Origin: Mobula hypostoma
Lineage: Eukaryota
Assembly: GCF_963921235.1 (NCBI RefSeq)
Contig: NC_086108.1
Span: forward strand, 83,826,001-83,890,000
DNA: 64,000 nucleotides
Direction of reading: 5' to 3'
How positions within the stretch are numbered: position 1 is the stretch's first letter; each line of letters opens with the position of its first letter. This document shows positions 62,896 through 64,000 of the stretch, piece by piece. Made by a program: the position numbers and the translations under genes. The notes below the pieces were generated by a model, which worked only from the letters and a program-made list of their open reading frames with translations, was not told the DNA's origin and searched no databases.

Positions 62896-63344
62896 TCATC
62901 CCAAACACTTGCATTCAACTGCAGAAAAGTTCATGAGTGTGTGCCATTTGTTTTTCACGTCTAGAAAGGTTACATCATCGTACTTGATTGGTCGACAGCA
63001 TGGGCTACGGGTCACCTTCTCATGCTTCCTTAAACGGATCTCTTTATTCTTGAGCAGATTGGACAAGGTAAGGTCATAATTTGTCCGGGAGCGTGCACAG
63101 CTTCCACTGCAGTATTTGAAGAGTACGACCTCTTCTGATTCATACCCAAGTCCTAGACTTCTAACTTTGACTGTCTGGCTGTTAATCTGACATCCTCTGT
63201 TTGATCGGTTTGATTCTCTCTGCTTGTTTCTGCGTGAACCACTTGAAGGCATTGTACCTTGAAGCGAAGCCCCGGGCGAACGCTGATGACGGTTTTGTAG
63301 ATCCTCAGCAGGTGCTCCCGGTCTGTCTGAAGTTGGAGTTGCAT
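62896..63344 (-). CDS. ARTN: Artemin-like GDNF-family ligand, last coding exon
   Basis: Acceptor tgtgcag|AT (phase 1) at 63345/63344; furin site RHQR|SP; seven-Cys knot with LGLG, FKYCSGSC, CCRP. ARTN-like traits: SQxxxVRxLGLG, 7-residue CCRP-to-FxD spacing, DVxxxWxT, C-terminal CxCLG. Upstream exons were not found in the window. Confidence 0.85.
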
Positions 63345-63807
63345 CTGCACAAGATGGAACATCAAGTTAATACGAAACCTTAGCTTCCGTTCTTTTGATA
63401 GTATGGTTCCCAGACGAGCTTGTTTAGATGATTCAATGCTTTGCAACAAACCAGTACAAAGGACAAAAATAGAAAACGATTCTCTTCATAGCAAAAATCG
63501 TGGGAGTCTCACTACAAGTCAACAAAATAAAAACATTTAAGCATATTACAAATGGACTGTTTTAAACATTAATAACCCTACTGGAGACATATTTGTCTTG
63601 CAGCATGATAAATCTTGAATTTGACATTTTTCCCTGTTTCCTTAATTTTTGTTACCTCTTTCTCATTGTCTTCACAATAATTTCTGCATAGCTGAGAGGA
63701 GAGGTGCCTAAAATCTTTTTGGTCTCTGGACTATAGCCAAATGAATGCTTTCCTCTGATTTTAACCAAATCCGATGCTAGATGCAGGTTCCCCTGAAGTT
63801 TCTGATT

Positions 63808-64000
63808 CTACGCTGTGGCCACTTTATTAGGTACACCTGTACACCTCGTTAATGCAAACATCCAGAAACTCAATGCATAAAAGCTTGTAGACATAGTCAA
63901 TAGGTTCATTGTTGTTCAGACCAAACATCAGAATGGGGAAAAAATGTAATCTACAGTAAGTGATTTGACCATGGAATGGTTCTTGGTGCCAGATGAGATG
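63808..64000 (+). mobile_element. Tc1-like transposon 5' end in the ARTN intron
   Basis: gtggccactttattaggtacacc TIR-like sequence and a degenerate MGKKCxLSDFDxGMxxGAR N-terminus. Confidence 0.7.

Noticed and set aside
62896..63344. Calling the ligand GDNF
   Set aside because: CCRP-to-FxD spacing, the WxT motif and the CLG terminus fit ARTN better; needs phylogenetic confirmation.

Overview
Vertebrate genomic DNA, most likely a cartilaginous fish (ray/skate-like; inferred from HE1/V-SINEs, HER1-like CR1 LINEs and Neptune-type Penelope elements). It holds two convergent genes about 50 kb apart. One is a complete two-exon EP4-type prostaglandin E2 receptor (ptger4c-like; CDS 7016-7846 + 12106-12717, 480 aa, + strand). 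The other is the last coding exon of an artemin-like GDNF-family ligand (63344-62896, - strand). Between them is a dense, often nested set of retroelements (CR1, Rex/Babar, L1, RTE, V-SINE, Penelope) and DNA-transposon remnants (mariner, Tigger, hAT MITE, Tc1). The most notable unannotated signal is a hammerhead-ribozyme system. A young, nearly intact RT + GIY-YIG Penelope element (~50441-53296) has a minimal hammerhead at its 3' end. About a dozen short copies of that end are scattered through the window. Several form ~150-180 bp fold-back mini-elements with a hammerhead at the centre and 13-15 bp target-site duplications, and their breakpoints cluster within 0-4 nt of the CUGANGA core. A second, unrelated double-hammerhead hairpin lies at 42691-42908. 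All repeat family calls come from motif recognition, not database searches, and many repeat boundaries are approximate.
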